From Chitinophagaceae bacterium (GTDB lineage Bacteria > Bacteroidota > Bacteroidia > Chitinophagales > Chitinophagaceae), in contig JADBXR010000007.1 in assembly GCA_020403425.1 (NCBI GenBank), positions 26,287 through 90,286 on the forward strand: a stretch of DNA of 64,000 bases, in the 5' to 3' direction. Position 1 is the stretch's first letter; each line of letters opens with the position of its first letter. This document shows, in pieces, positions 1-7,908 of the stretch. The notes below the pieces were generated by a model that had not been told where the DNA came from, did no database searches, and saw only the letters and a list, made by a program, of their open reading frames with translations. The translations under genes were made by a program, and so were the position numbers.

Positions 1-2565
1 ATTCTTCGGTATGTCGAAACGCAGTTCGCTCACCACGCTGTCGCTGGCATTTACGGTACCGTTCTTGAGTACGAAGGCCTTATCAACCGGAACGGATACT
101 TTCTTAACGGGATAGGTATTCAATCCCTCACCATTGCCCCTGTCATCCATCTTGGCCGGATCATCACTGCCCACATAATTTTTCATCAGATCATACAGAT
201 CATAATAGGTGTTTTCAGGAATGCTTGGCTGTGGGCGGTACAGTACATAATCCCGTTTACCACCTTCGATCTGCTCGGCTGTCCAGATCACATCTACAGG
301 ATCACTCTGGTTCACCTTGTACCGCAGTTCGTTGATGTACCAGTCAATACCCAATAAGCTGAAGTTCACCACGCGTACATCCGGACGAATACCTTCCACC
401 TCCTGTGCATACCAGAGGGGGTAAGTATCGTTATCCCCATAACTGAAGAGGATGGCGTTAGGCGCACAGCTTTCCAGGTAGTCTTTAGCAAGATCGCGCG
501 GCAGTTCTTTTTTGCTTCGGTCATGGTCATCCCACTCCTGCTGCGCCATCAGTACGGGAACTGCCAGTAAGCAGACCACCGTAGCCAGGGAGGCAGCGGT
601 TGCCTGCGACAATCCCTTCATCAGCCAGTCGCGTACTTTCAGTACACCCAGACCGATCCATACGGCAAAGGCATAGAAACTGCCCACATATGCATAATCA
701 CGCTCACGTGGCTGATAACCCGCCTGGTTCAGGTATAACACAATGGCCATCCCTGTGAAGAAGAAAAGCAATAGATTGATGATGCCATCATCTCCCCTTT
801 TCTTGAACTGGTAGAACATACCCAGCAGGCCCAGAATGAAGGGTAGGGCGAATAATTTGTTATTGGCCTTATTGTTCCTGAGGCTGTCAGGCATAGTGCT
901 CTGGTCGCCATAGATCATGTTATCAAAGAAAGAGATACCGGTGATCCAGTTACCGTCACGCACATTACCGGCGAACAGTCCCTGGTTGTCATTCTGCTTA
1001 CCGGAGAAGTTCCACATGAAGTAGCGGAAATACATCCAGTAGGTCTGGTACCCCATGAAGAACTTCACGTTATCGGCCTGTGTGGGGGCCCTTTCGTATT
1101 TGCCTTCCCGGGTCTTGTTGATGCCCAGATAGTATGCATAATAATCTGCGTGGTTCTGGTCATTGCTGGGATCCCATACACGGGGCAATACCATCTTATC
1201 TTCTGCTGCATACACGTATTTACGATCCTGACCCAGCTCGATATATTTATCATGCGATTTCTGGTAACGCATACCTGTGTTCTTCACATCAACCGGGTCT
1301 GCGGTGAATTTCTGTCCATAGAGCAGCGGGAAATCTCCATACTGGTCGCGGCCCAGATATCCCACCAAGCTGATCGGATTGTCCACATTGTACATGTCAA
1401 CCGAAGGATTGGCATTACTGCGGATCATGGTGGTCACATAGGTACTGTAACCAACCAGCATAAAGGTGAAACACCAGATGCCGAGTCGTAAATAGGCCCA
1501 TGCTTTTTTGCTGGCATATTTCAAACCAAACCAGATCAGCACAGCTACCAATACAAAGAAGAAAGCGAAACCGGAGAAGAACGGCAGTCCAAAACCGTTC
1601 ACGAAATAACGGTCAAAGGTACCGGCTAGTTTTACTGAATACTGGATCACTCCTACCTGCACGATACCAGTGATCACACAACCGATGGCAAAGAAGATAT
1701 AGATGCCGCCATAGTACGCTTTTTTGTCCTTACCCCATTTCTCTACCAGGAAGAGCAAGCCGATAGCCGCCAAAGCGCCTACCAGCATAAGACCAGCCAT
1801 GGTACCATCCATCGGTACATTATCAGTAGAATCGGCAGAGGCACTGATCAGTGCGCCGATCACGGCAAGAACACCTCCTATCGCCACTAAGCGAAGGAAC
1901 CATTTACGTACTGTTTCATATTGAAAAGATTCTCGTCTGCGGAAATAATACACCATAACGATCGCTGGGATGGTCAACAGGTTCAGCAGGTGAACGCCGA
2001 TAGACAATCCCATCAGGAAAAAGATGAACACGATCCATCGATCCGCACCGGGTTCATCAGCGTGGTTCTCCCATTTCAGGATGGCCCAGAAAACGATGGC
2101 GGTGAAGAAGGATGACATGGCATATACCTCACCTTCCACAGCACTGTACCAGAATGAATCGCTGAAAGTATAGGCCAGGGCGCCTACTGCACCGGCTCCC
2201 ATGATCGACCATACCTGGCCCATGGTAAGGGTATCGCTGGTCTTAACGTTGGCGATACGTCTGGCAAAGTGGGTAATGGTCCAGAACAGGAACAAGATGG
2301 TGAACCCGCTGGCCAGGGCGCTCATGATGTTCACGGCTTTAGCGGCAGTGAGCGGATTATCACCGAACAGGATAATGAAGATACGGCCCAGCATCACAAA
2401 CAGCGGGGCTCCCGGCGGGTGGGGTATCTGAAGTTTGAAACAGGAGCTTACGAACTCACCACAATCCCAGAAACTACCTCCGGCTTCCGTGGTCAGGATG
2501 TAAACAGTACAGGCTATCAGGGCTACTACCCATCCAACAAGATTGTTGATCTTCTTAAACTGCAT
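1..2565 (-). CDS. DUF2723-family multi-pass membrane protein (GT-C fold, TMEM260-like glycosyltransferase); 3' end runs off the window
   Basis: Not in the ORF track because there is no stop in the window. Manual translation from ATG at 2565 gives MQFKKINNLVGWVVALIACTVYILTTEAGGSFWDCGEF...IPHPPGAPLF...SFWYSAVEGEVYAMSS...QPRERDYAYVGSFYAF...GDNDTYPLWYAQEVEG, all typical of the family. Confidence 0.9.
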   Translation of the reverse strand, partial: MQFKKINNLVGWVVALIACTVYILTTEAGGSFWDCGEFVSSCFKLQIPHPPGAPLFVMLGRIFIILFGDNPLTAAKAVNIMSALASGFTILFLFWTITHFARRIANVKTSDTLTMGQVWSIMGAGAVGALAYTFSDSFWYSAVEGEVYAMSSFFTAIVFWAILKWENHADEPGADRWIVFIFFLMGLSIGVHLLNLLTIPAIVMVYYFRRRESFQYETVRKWFLRLVAIGGVLAVIGALISASADSTDNVPMDGTMAGLMLVGALAAIGLLFLVEKWGKDKKAYYGGIYIFFAIGCVITGIVQVGVIQYSVKLAGTFDRYFVNGFGLPFFSGFAFFFVLVAVLIWFGLKYASKKAWAYLRLGIWCFTFMLVGYSTYVTTMIRSNANPSVDMYNVDNPISLVGYLGRDQYGDFPLLYGQKFTADPVDVKNTGMRYQKSHDKYIELGQDRKYVYAAEDKMVLPRVWDPSNDQNHADYYAYYLGINKTREGKYERAPTQADNVKFFMGYQTYWMYFRYFMWNFSGKQNDNQGLFAGNVRDGNWITGISFFDNMIYGDQSTMPDSLRNNKANNKLFALPFILGLLGMFYQFKKRGDDGIINLLLFFFTGMAIVLYLNQAGYQPRERDYAYVGSFYAFAVWIGLGVLKVRDWLMKGLSQATAASLATVVCLLAVPVLMAQQEWDDHDRSKKELPRDLAKDYLESCAPNAILFSYGDNDTYPLWYAQEVEGIRPDVRVVNFSLLGIDWYINELRYKVNQSDPVDVIWTAEQIEGGKRDYVLYRPQPSIPENTYYDLYDLMKNYVGSDDPAKMDDRGNGEGLNTYPVKKVSVPVDKAFVLKNGTVNASDSVVSELRFDIPKN

Positions 2566-2588
2566 TTGTTTTGGTTTTTTAAGACTGG

Positions 2589-2596
2589 CAAACATA
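2589..2596 (-). promoter_or_regulatory. Bacteroidota -7 promoter box TATGTTTG upstream of the DUF2723 gene
   Basis: Exact TAnnTTTG on the minus strand, 23 nt before the ATG. Confidence 0.6.
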
Positions 2597-2717
2597 ACTT
2601 TTATATCGTAAACCGGGAAATGGAGATGGGGGTTTACCCTATTTTAAGAAAACCTTAGGGTGGGGTACCGGACCGGGGAAGAAGAACCGAAAGCCCTACC
2701 CAAACTGCTAACTTTCC

Positions 2718-2725
2718 TATCTTTG
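2718..2725 (+). promoter_or_regulatory. -7 promoter box TATCTTTG upstream of mtaB
   Basis: Exact TAnnTTTG, 8 nt before ATG 2734. Confidence 0.7.
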
Positions 2726-2733
2726 CCCCCTCT

Positions 2734-4008
2734 ATGGAAAAAAAGCGGACCGTTGCCTTTCACACACTGGGTTGTAAACTCAATTTTTCTGAGACCTCCA
2801 CCCTCTCGCGTATGCTGGAGAACGAGGGTTTTGAGAAGAAGGAGTTCGACGACCAGGCTGACGTGTATGTGATCAATACCTGTTCCGTTACAGACAATGC
2901 CGATAAGGAATGCCGGCAGTTGGTGCGCCGCATCCAGCGCAAGGCACCGGAAAGTTTCGTGGTGATCACGGGCTGTTATGCCCAGCTGAAACCCAAAGAG
3001 ATCGCTTCCATACCGGGGGTTGACCTGGTACTGGGTGCTGCCGAAAAATTCAATATCGCCCAGCATATCGGCGAACTGGCCAAGGGCGATGCGGCCCGGA
3101 TCTGCAGCTGCGATATTGATGAAGTAAGCGGCTTTAATGCCTCTTTTTCGCAGAACGACCGTACCCGGACCTTCTTGAAGGTGCAGGATGGCTGTGATTA
3201 CAACTGCTCCTTCTGCACCATCCCTATGGCAAGGGGGAAAAGCCGCAGCGATAATGTGGCCAATGTAGTGGCCCATGCCGAAAAACTGGCGGCCGATGGC
3301 GTAAAGGAGATCGTACTGACCGGGGTCAATCTGGGCGATTTTGGCAAAGGACCCGATGGCACCATCAAATACGACGAGAACTTCTTTGACCTGGTAAAGG
3401 CACTGGATCAGGTGGGCGGTATTGAACGCTACCGTATCTCCTCCATTGAACCCAACCTGCTCACCAACGAGATCATAACATTCGTGGCCAACAGCAACAA
3501 ATTCATGCCACATTTCCATATTCCGTTACAAAGCGGAAGCAATGAGATCCTGAAACTGATGAGAAGACGGTACAAGAGGGAACTCTATGCAGAACGTGTG
3601 GCACTGATCAAGACCCTAATGCCGCATTGCGCCATCGGTGTGGATGTGATCGTTGGATTTCCGGGAGAGACCGATGCCCATTTTACGGAGACCTTTGAAT
3701 TCCTGCATTCGCTGGATATCTCTTACCTGCACGTATTCACTTACTCGGAGCGGGACAACACCAAGGCACTTGACATCAAACCCGTAGTACCAATATCCGT
3801 TCGTAACGAACGAAACAAGACCCTGCGCAATCTTTCCTACATGAAGATGCAATACTTCACCAACCAGTTCACCGAACAAACCCGGAAAGTATTGTTTGAG
3901 GCCTTTGAGAAAAACGGCATGATGGAAGGTTACACGGACAACTATATCCGCATCAGCACACCGTACCGGAAAGAATGGGCGAATGAGGTGGTGGATTGGA
4001 AGATGTGA
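2734..4008 (+). CDS. mtaB: tRNA t6A37 methylthiotransferase (radical SAM, MtaB type)
   Basis: UPF0004 start 'TLGCKLNFSET' and 'NTCSVT'; radical SAM motif CDYNCSFC within 'LKVQDGCDYNCSFCTIPMARG'; 'DVIVGFPGET'. Confidence 0.9.
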   Translation: MEKKRTVAFHTLGCKLNFSETSTLSRMLENEGFEKKEFDDQADVYVINTCSVTDNADKECRQLVRRIQRKAPESFVVITGCYAQLKPKEIASIPGVDLVLGAAEKFNIAQHIGELAKGDAARICSCDIDEVSGFNASFSQNDRTRTFLKVQDGCDYNCSFCTIPMARGKSRSDNVANVVAHAEKLAADGVKEIVLTGVNLGDFGKGPDGTIKYDENFFDLVKALDQVGGIERYRISSIEPNLLTNEIITFVANSNKFMPHFHIPLQSGSNEILKLMRRRYKRELYAERVALIKTLMPHCAIGVDVIVGFPGETDAHFTETFEFLHSLDISYLHVFTYSERDNTKALDIKPVVPISVRNERNKTLRNLSYMKMQYFTNQFTEQTRKVLFEAFEKNGMMEGYTDNYIRISTPYRKEWANEVVDWKM

Positions 4009-4144
4009 ATCGTGAGACGTGAGTGGTGAGTGGGCAGTAGGTAGTGATTGGTGAATGGTGAATCGGCAGGAGATCGACATCTTATTTTTTTCTGAACTCC
4101 CTACTCCCTACTCACCACTCACGTCTCACGTCTCACGATTCACG
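4004..4144. repeat. Inverted pair of degenerate heptamer arrays between convergent mtaB and upxY
   Basis: Left units tgtgaat cgtgaga cgtgagt ggtgagt gggcagt aggtagt ... ggtgaat ggtgaat. Right units actccct actccct actcacc actcacg tctcacg tctcacg attcacg. 4011-4031 is the exact reverse complement of 4110-4130 (21 bp). Confidence 0.9.
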
Positions 4145-4146
4145 CC

Positions 4147-4650
4147 CTATATCGGCGATAGGAATTCTGCGGGGAATTCGACCACCATCACCTGGCCAAG
4201 GCTTTCCAGTTTCACATAGACCTTCTTGCGGCCACCCCTTATCACTGTTCCTTCGTTGCCCATGAATACGCCGTGGTTCACTTTGATCCGCATTTCTTCC
4301 TTGTAGCCCTCCTGGGAAAGGATGGAAATGCTCGCGTCTTTTTCGGCAAGGTATTTTTTGATGAGGTCCACTTCCTCATGTTTGATCACAGCCGGTTTAC
4401 CCAGGTAATATACAAAATTGAGTACGCCGTCCGTCATGAGCACTTTGGCACGTTCTGTGTCGTCAATATGAACGAATACATAGGACTTGAACAATGGATC
4501 CTCAATCACTTTTTTACGATCGCTCCACTGGCGCTCCACTTTCTGCAGTGGGCACCAGCTTTCAATCCCCTTCCTGACCAGTGCCGCATCTATCTTTTTT
4601 TCCCAGCGGGGTTTCGTGTATAAAGCATACCATTTTTTTTCAACTTGCAT
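4147..4650 (-). CDS. UpxY-family transcription antiterminator (specialised NusG paralog)
   Basis: NGN domain 'WYALYTKPRWEKK...RQWSDRKKVIEDPLFKSYVFV' and KOW-like 'IKVNHGVFMGNEGTV'. Confidence 0.9.
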   Translation of the reverse strand: MQVEKKWYALYTKPRWEKKIDAALVRKGIESWCPLQKVERQWSDRKKVIEDPLFKSYVFVHIDDTERAKVLMTDGVLNFVYYLGKPAVIKHEEVDLIKKYLAEKDASISILSQEGYKEEMRIKVNHGVFMGNEGTVIRGGRKKVYVKLESLGQVMVVEFPAEFLSPI

Positions 4651-4705
4651 CGCAGTCAGCCAGTTTAGTATTGCAAAATACAGTAATAATTTTCAGGTGT
4701 TTGTT

Positions 4706-6871
4706 TTATTTGGCAACCATCTGCACTTGTGAGTGGGCCATTTGACTTACGATCTTAACACTCTCATCAATATGCATATCGGTCTTTAAGAACTTCAGCC
4801 AGGCCTGGTAACGCTCCCCTTTTGACGGGTCTGGGTTGTTATAGAACTTATCCTTATCAGCAGCCAGTGCTGATACGTTCAACTCCTGCTTTGCTTTTAA
4901 CAGCGCATTATTCTGATTCACAGTGGACATGACCTGCTGCTGGCGGTTCCTGTATTTTTCAAGGTTCAGATCCACCGGCAGTTCGGAATTTTTAGCCAGC
5001 CATTGCAGGTTACTCTTCAGCAGGTTCAGGGATGGGTTGCTTTGTATCCTTTCATTTTCCTTTTTGGCGAGGCTCTCCAATCCAAAATCGCTGCTCCAGG
5101 TCTGGTAGTTCAGTTTGGGGATCTCATCGTAAGGCAGCGCGCCGGGATTATCCTTTTCGCGGCCTTTGTAATATTCCAGTGCATCGGGTAAAACAATATC
5201 AGGGGTCACTCCTTTCAATTGGGTCGACCCACCGTTGATGCGGTAGAATTTCTGGAAAGTAAGGGTCATCGCTCCCATATCGGTGCGGCCGCTGAACAGG
5301 TCGTTGCGGTTGCCGAACGGAACCTGACGCTGCACCGTGCCCTTACCATAGGTTGAAGTGCTGCCAATGATCACACCACGCTTGTAATCCTGTATGGCTC
5401 CGGCAAAGATCTCACTGGCAGAGGCGCTGAACTCGTTCACCATCACCGCCAGCGGGCCATCATACAGGACAGACTCATCATTATCGCGCCAGGTATTCTG
5501 GTCAACCCGGCCGCTTCTTTCCTTTACCTGCACCACAGGTCCGCTTTTAATGAACAGGCCCACCATTTTCACCACTTCATACAGGGAACCGCCGCCATTG
5601 CTGCGGATATCGATCACAATACCTTTTACATTCTCGGCTTTCAGCTTCTTCACTTCTTCCGCCACATCTTCTGAACAGTGATGACCACTGGCATCTTCAA
5701 AATCGGAATAGAAATCGGGCAGGAAGATATAACCGATCTTATCATTACCATTCTGGATCACAGCACTTCTCGCATATCTTTCATCCACTACCACTTCCTC
5801 ACGGATCATGGATACCACTTTGATGGAACCATCCTGTTTCTTGATGGTCAGTCTCACTTCCGTTCCCTTGTTGCCACGGATCAGTTTCACCGCATCGGTG
5901 GTCTCGTAACCGGTAACATCAACGGGTTCCTCTTTGCCCTGCGCCACTTTGGTGATGACATCGTTCACCACGATCTCGCCCGATTTCCAGGCGGCTCCAC
6001 CTGTGACCACAGCGGCTATCTTAATACCATAGTCATCTTTCTGCAGTGTGGCGCCAATGCCATAGAATTTGCCACTCATATTCTCATCAAAGGACCTTTT
6101 CTCCACCGGCGGAAAATAATCACTGTGCGGATCCATCTGGTTGGTGATCACATTGATGAATGAGTTGAAGCGTTCCTCTTCCTTGAATGTCTTCTGGATA
6201 CGCTCATAGGTCTCATTCATGATCTTGAGTACTTTCTCGCGCGATTCCCGCTCCAGTGTGCTGTCTGCTTTTACCACAAAATCCTTCTGCCCTTTGTTCT
6301 TCTCACGTTGTGCCAGCAGGTCGGCATATCTTTCCAGGGTATAATATTTCAGTTTCTTGCGCCAGCGTTCTTTCCTTTCCGCCTCGGTAGCCGCATAATT
6401 CAGCTTGTCGCCGTTCAGTTCCACGGTCTCATCGGCCGTAAAGCTGAATGGCTGGGAAAGGATCTCCCGATAAATGCCCATCACATCTTTGATGCGCTGA
6501 TCGTACACCGCACTTACCGCGGGAGCGAACTGGATGGGAGCGGTTTCATGGATCTCATCATCGATGCTGTTCTCATATTTTTTGAGCGCGGCGATATCGG
6601 ACTGGAGAAAATGCGACTTGTCGCCATCCAGGTCTTCCAGGTATTTCTTGAATACCTGGCGGGAAAAATCGTCGTTGATATTCTTAGGGCTATAATGCTG
6701 CTGCTCCAGGATGGAGCCTACCGCGTTCAGCAAACGCTGTTTCTGGGTGACCAGTATATCTTTAGACCCGATACCGGAGGTCCTGAAAGCAAAGAACAGG
6801 CCGCCAAACAATACGATGGCCACCAACAATAACCCTTTTCTACTCTTCATAAAATGCGTAAATTTTTGCAT
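4706..6871 (-). CDS. prc: Carboxy-terminal processing (tail-specific) protease, S41 family with PDZ domain
   Basis: 'DPHSDYF', PDZ 'GIGATL', 'IDIRSNGGGSL', catalytic 'SASASEIFAGAIQDY' and 'TYGKGTVQ'; N-terminal hydrophobic anchor. Confidence 0.92.
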   Translation of the reverse strand: MQKFTHFMKSRKGLLLVAIVLFGGLFFAFRTSGIGSKDILVTQKQRLLNAVGSILEQQHYSPKNINDDFSRQVFKKYLEDLDGDKSHFLQSDIAALKKYENSIDDEIHETAPIQFAPAVSAVYDQRIKDVMGIYREILSQPFSFTADETVELNGDKLNYAATEAERKERWRKKLKYYTLERYADLLAQREKNKGQKDFVVKADSTLERESREKVLKIMNETYERIQKTFKEEERFNSFINVITNQMDPHSDYFPPVEKRSFDENMSGKFYGIGATLQKDDYGIKIAAVVTGGAAWKSGEIVVNDVITKVAQGKEEPVDVTGYETTDAVKLIRGNKGTEVRLTIKKQDGSIKVVSMIREEVVVDERYARSAVIQNGNDKIGYIFLPDFYSDFEDASGHHCSEDVAEEVKKLKAENVKGIVIDIRSNGGGSLYEVVKMVGLFIKSGPVVQVKERSGRVDQNTWRDNDESVLYDGPLAVMVNEFSASASEIFAGAIQDYKRGVIIGSTSTYGKGTVQRQVPFGNRNDLFSGRTDMGAMTLTFQKFYRINGGSTQLKGVTPDIVLPDALEYYKGREKDNPGALPYDEIPKLNYQTWSSDFGLESLAKKENERIQSNPSLNLLKSNLQWLAKNSELPVDLNLEKYRNRQQQVMSTVNQNNALLKAKQELNVSALAADKDKFYNNPDPSKGERYQAWLKFLKTDMHIDESVKIVSQMAHSQVQMVAK

Positions 6872-6879
6872 GACTGTTC

Positions 6880-6887
6880 CAAAAATA
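6880..6887 (-). promoter_or_regulatory. -7 promoter box TATTTTTG upstream of prc
   Basis: Exact TAnnTTTG, 8 nt before ATG 6871. Confidence 0.65.
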
Positions 6888-6996
6888 GCCTAAAAACCGG
6901 TTGAGGAGCCAAGACTTATCCCAATTAACAAAGGTTTTGATGAGCGGTTCAGAAAAAGATTGTGCAAAATGACGTTCAAGTAATACTGAATTTTCC

Positions 6997-7004
6997 TATT
7001 TTTG
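6997..7004 (+). promoter_or_regulatory. -7 promoter box TATTTTTG upstream of tRNA-His
   Basis: Exact TAnnTTTG, 13 nt before the tRNA. Confidence 0.7.
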
Positions 7005-7017
7005 CCGTCCCAAAAAC

Positions 7018-7092
7018 GGAGAGCGTAGCTCAGTTGGTTAGAGCGTCAGTTTGTGGCACTGAAGGCCGTGGGTTCGAGACCCATCGTTCTCC
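7018..7092 (+). tRNA. tRNA-His(GUG), encoded G-1, no encoded CCA
   Basis: Acceptor GAGAGCG/CGTTCTC with G-1:C73; D arm GCTC-AGTTGGTTA-GAGC; anticodon stem TCAGT/ACTGA with loop TTGTGGC; T arm GTGGG-TTCGAGA-CCCAT. Confidence 0.95.
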
Positions 7093-7102
7093 CCCTGCAA
7101 AA

Positions 7103-7134
7103 CCTATCCCGCCTTGAAAGCGGGATGGGTTTTT
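7103..7134 (+). terminator. Intrinsic terminator after tRNA-His
   Basis: cctatcccgc-cttgaaa-gcgggatggg followed by a T run. Confidence 0.75.
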
Positions 7135-7147
7135 AAATTTTATAGAC

Positions 7148-7747
7148 ATGAGCTACGGCCTGTTACTGATTCCCCTGATCTCTGCTTTTATTGGTTGGTT
7201 CACCAACTGGATCGCGATCAAAATGCTGTTCCATCCCAGGGAGCCCAAAAAGATCCTCTGGTTCACCCTGCATGGCATTTTCCCGAAAAGACAACGGCAG
7301 TTCGCTGAAAAACTGGGTAAACTGGTCAGTGCGGAGCTATTGTCTTTCAGCGAGATAGAATCCAGGATCACCCACCCGGAGAACCTTAAGAAGATCATGC
7401 CCCATGTAGAAGGTCATATTGACCAGTTCCTGCGGGTAAAACTGGCCGAACAGATGCCTGTGATCAGCATGTTCATTGGCGACAAGACCATTAACGAGCT
7501 GAAATCGGTATTTCTGGCCGAACTGGAGACCTTGTTCCCCGTTCTGATGAAGAACTATATGGGAACCCTGCAGGAGCAGCTTGACCTGGAAAAGATCGTG
7601 ATCGAAAAGGTAGCCGGTTTTTCGTCCGATAAACTGGAGCAGATCCTGAACAGCATCATGGCAAAAGAGTTCCGCTTTGTGGAGATCATTGGCGGAGTGC
7701 TGGGTTTTGTGATCGGTTTGTTACAGATCTTGCTCACTTCCTTGTAA
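7148..7747 (+). CDS. DUF445-family membrane protein
   Basis: 'IPLISAFIGWFTNWIAIKMLFHP' at the N terminus and 'KEFRFVEIIGGVLGFVIG' at the C terminus. Confidence 0.85.
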   Translation: MSYGLLLIPLISAFIGWFTNWIAIKMLFHPREPKKILWFTLHGIFPKRQRQFAEKLGKLVSAELLSFSEIESRITHPENLKKIMPHVEGHIDQFLRVKLAEQMPVISMFIGDKTINELKSVFLAELETLFPVLMKNYMGTLQEQLDLEKIVIEKVAGFSSDKLEQILNSIMAKEFRFVEIIGGVLGFVIGLLQILLTSL

Positions 7748-7908
7748 GAATTACCGATTAAAAGGGGTAATCACCGACAATATCGATAGTTCTACCCCCC
7801 ATGTTCCAACTTTGTCCATTCAAAATTGTCTTATTACCGCTGGTGTAATGAAAAACGGGCATGGCCCTATTGCATCGCAACTTTGCATTATATAATTATA
7901 ACAGAATC

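Noticed and set aside
2658-2701. gggtgggg/ccctaccc stem in the divergent DUF2723-mtaB spacer
   Set aside because: An 8-bp stem upstream of the mtaB -7 box, so probably untranscribed; no ribozyme or riboswitch core.
2644-3519. 291-aa antisense ORF
   Set aside because: It lies opposite mtaB and has no motifs; a shadow ORF from codon bias.
7018-7147. tRNA-His as an integration site
   Set aside because: No integrase or duplicated tRNA 3' end was seen; a terminator and core genes follow directly.
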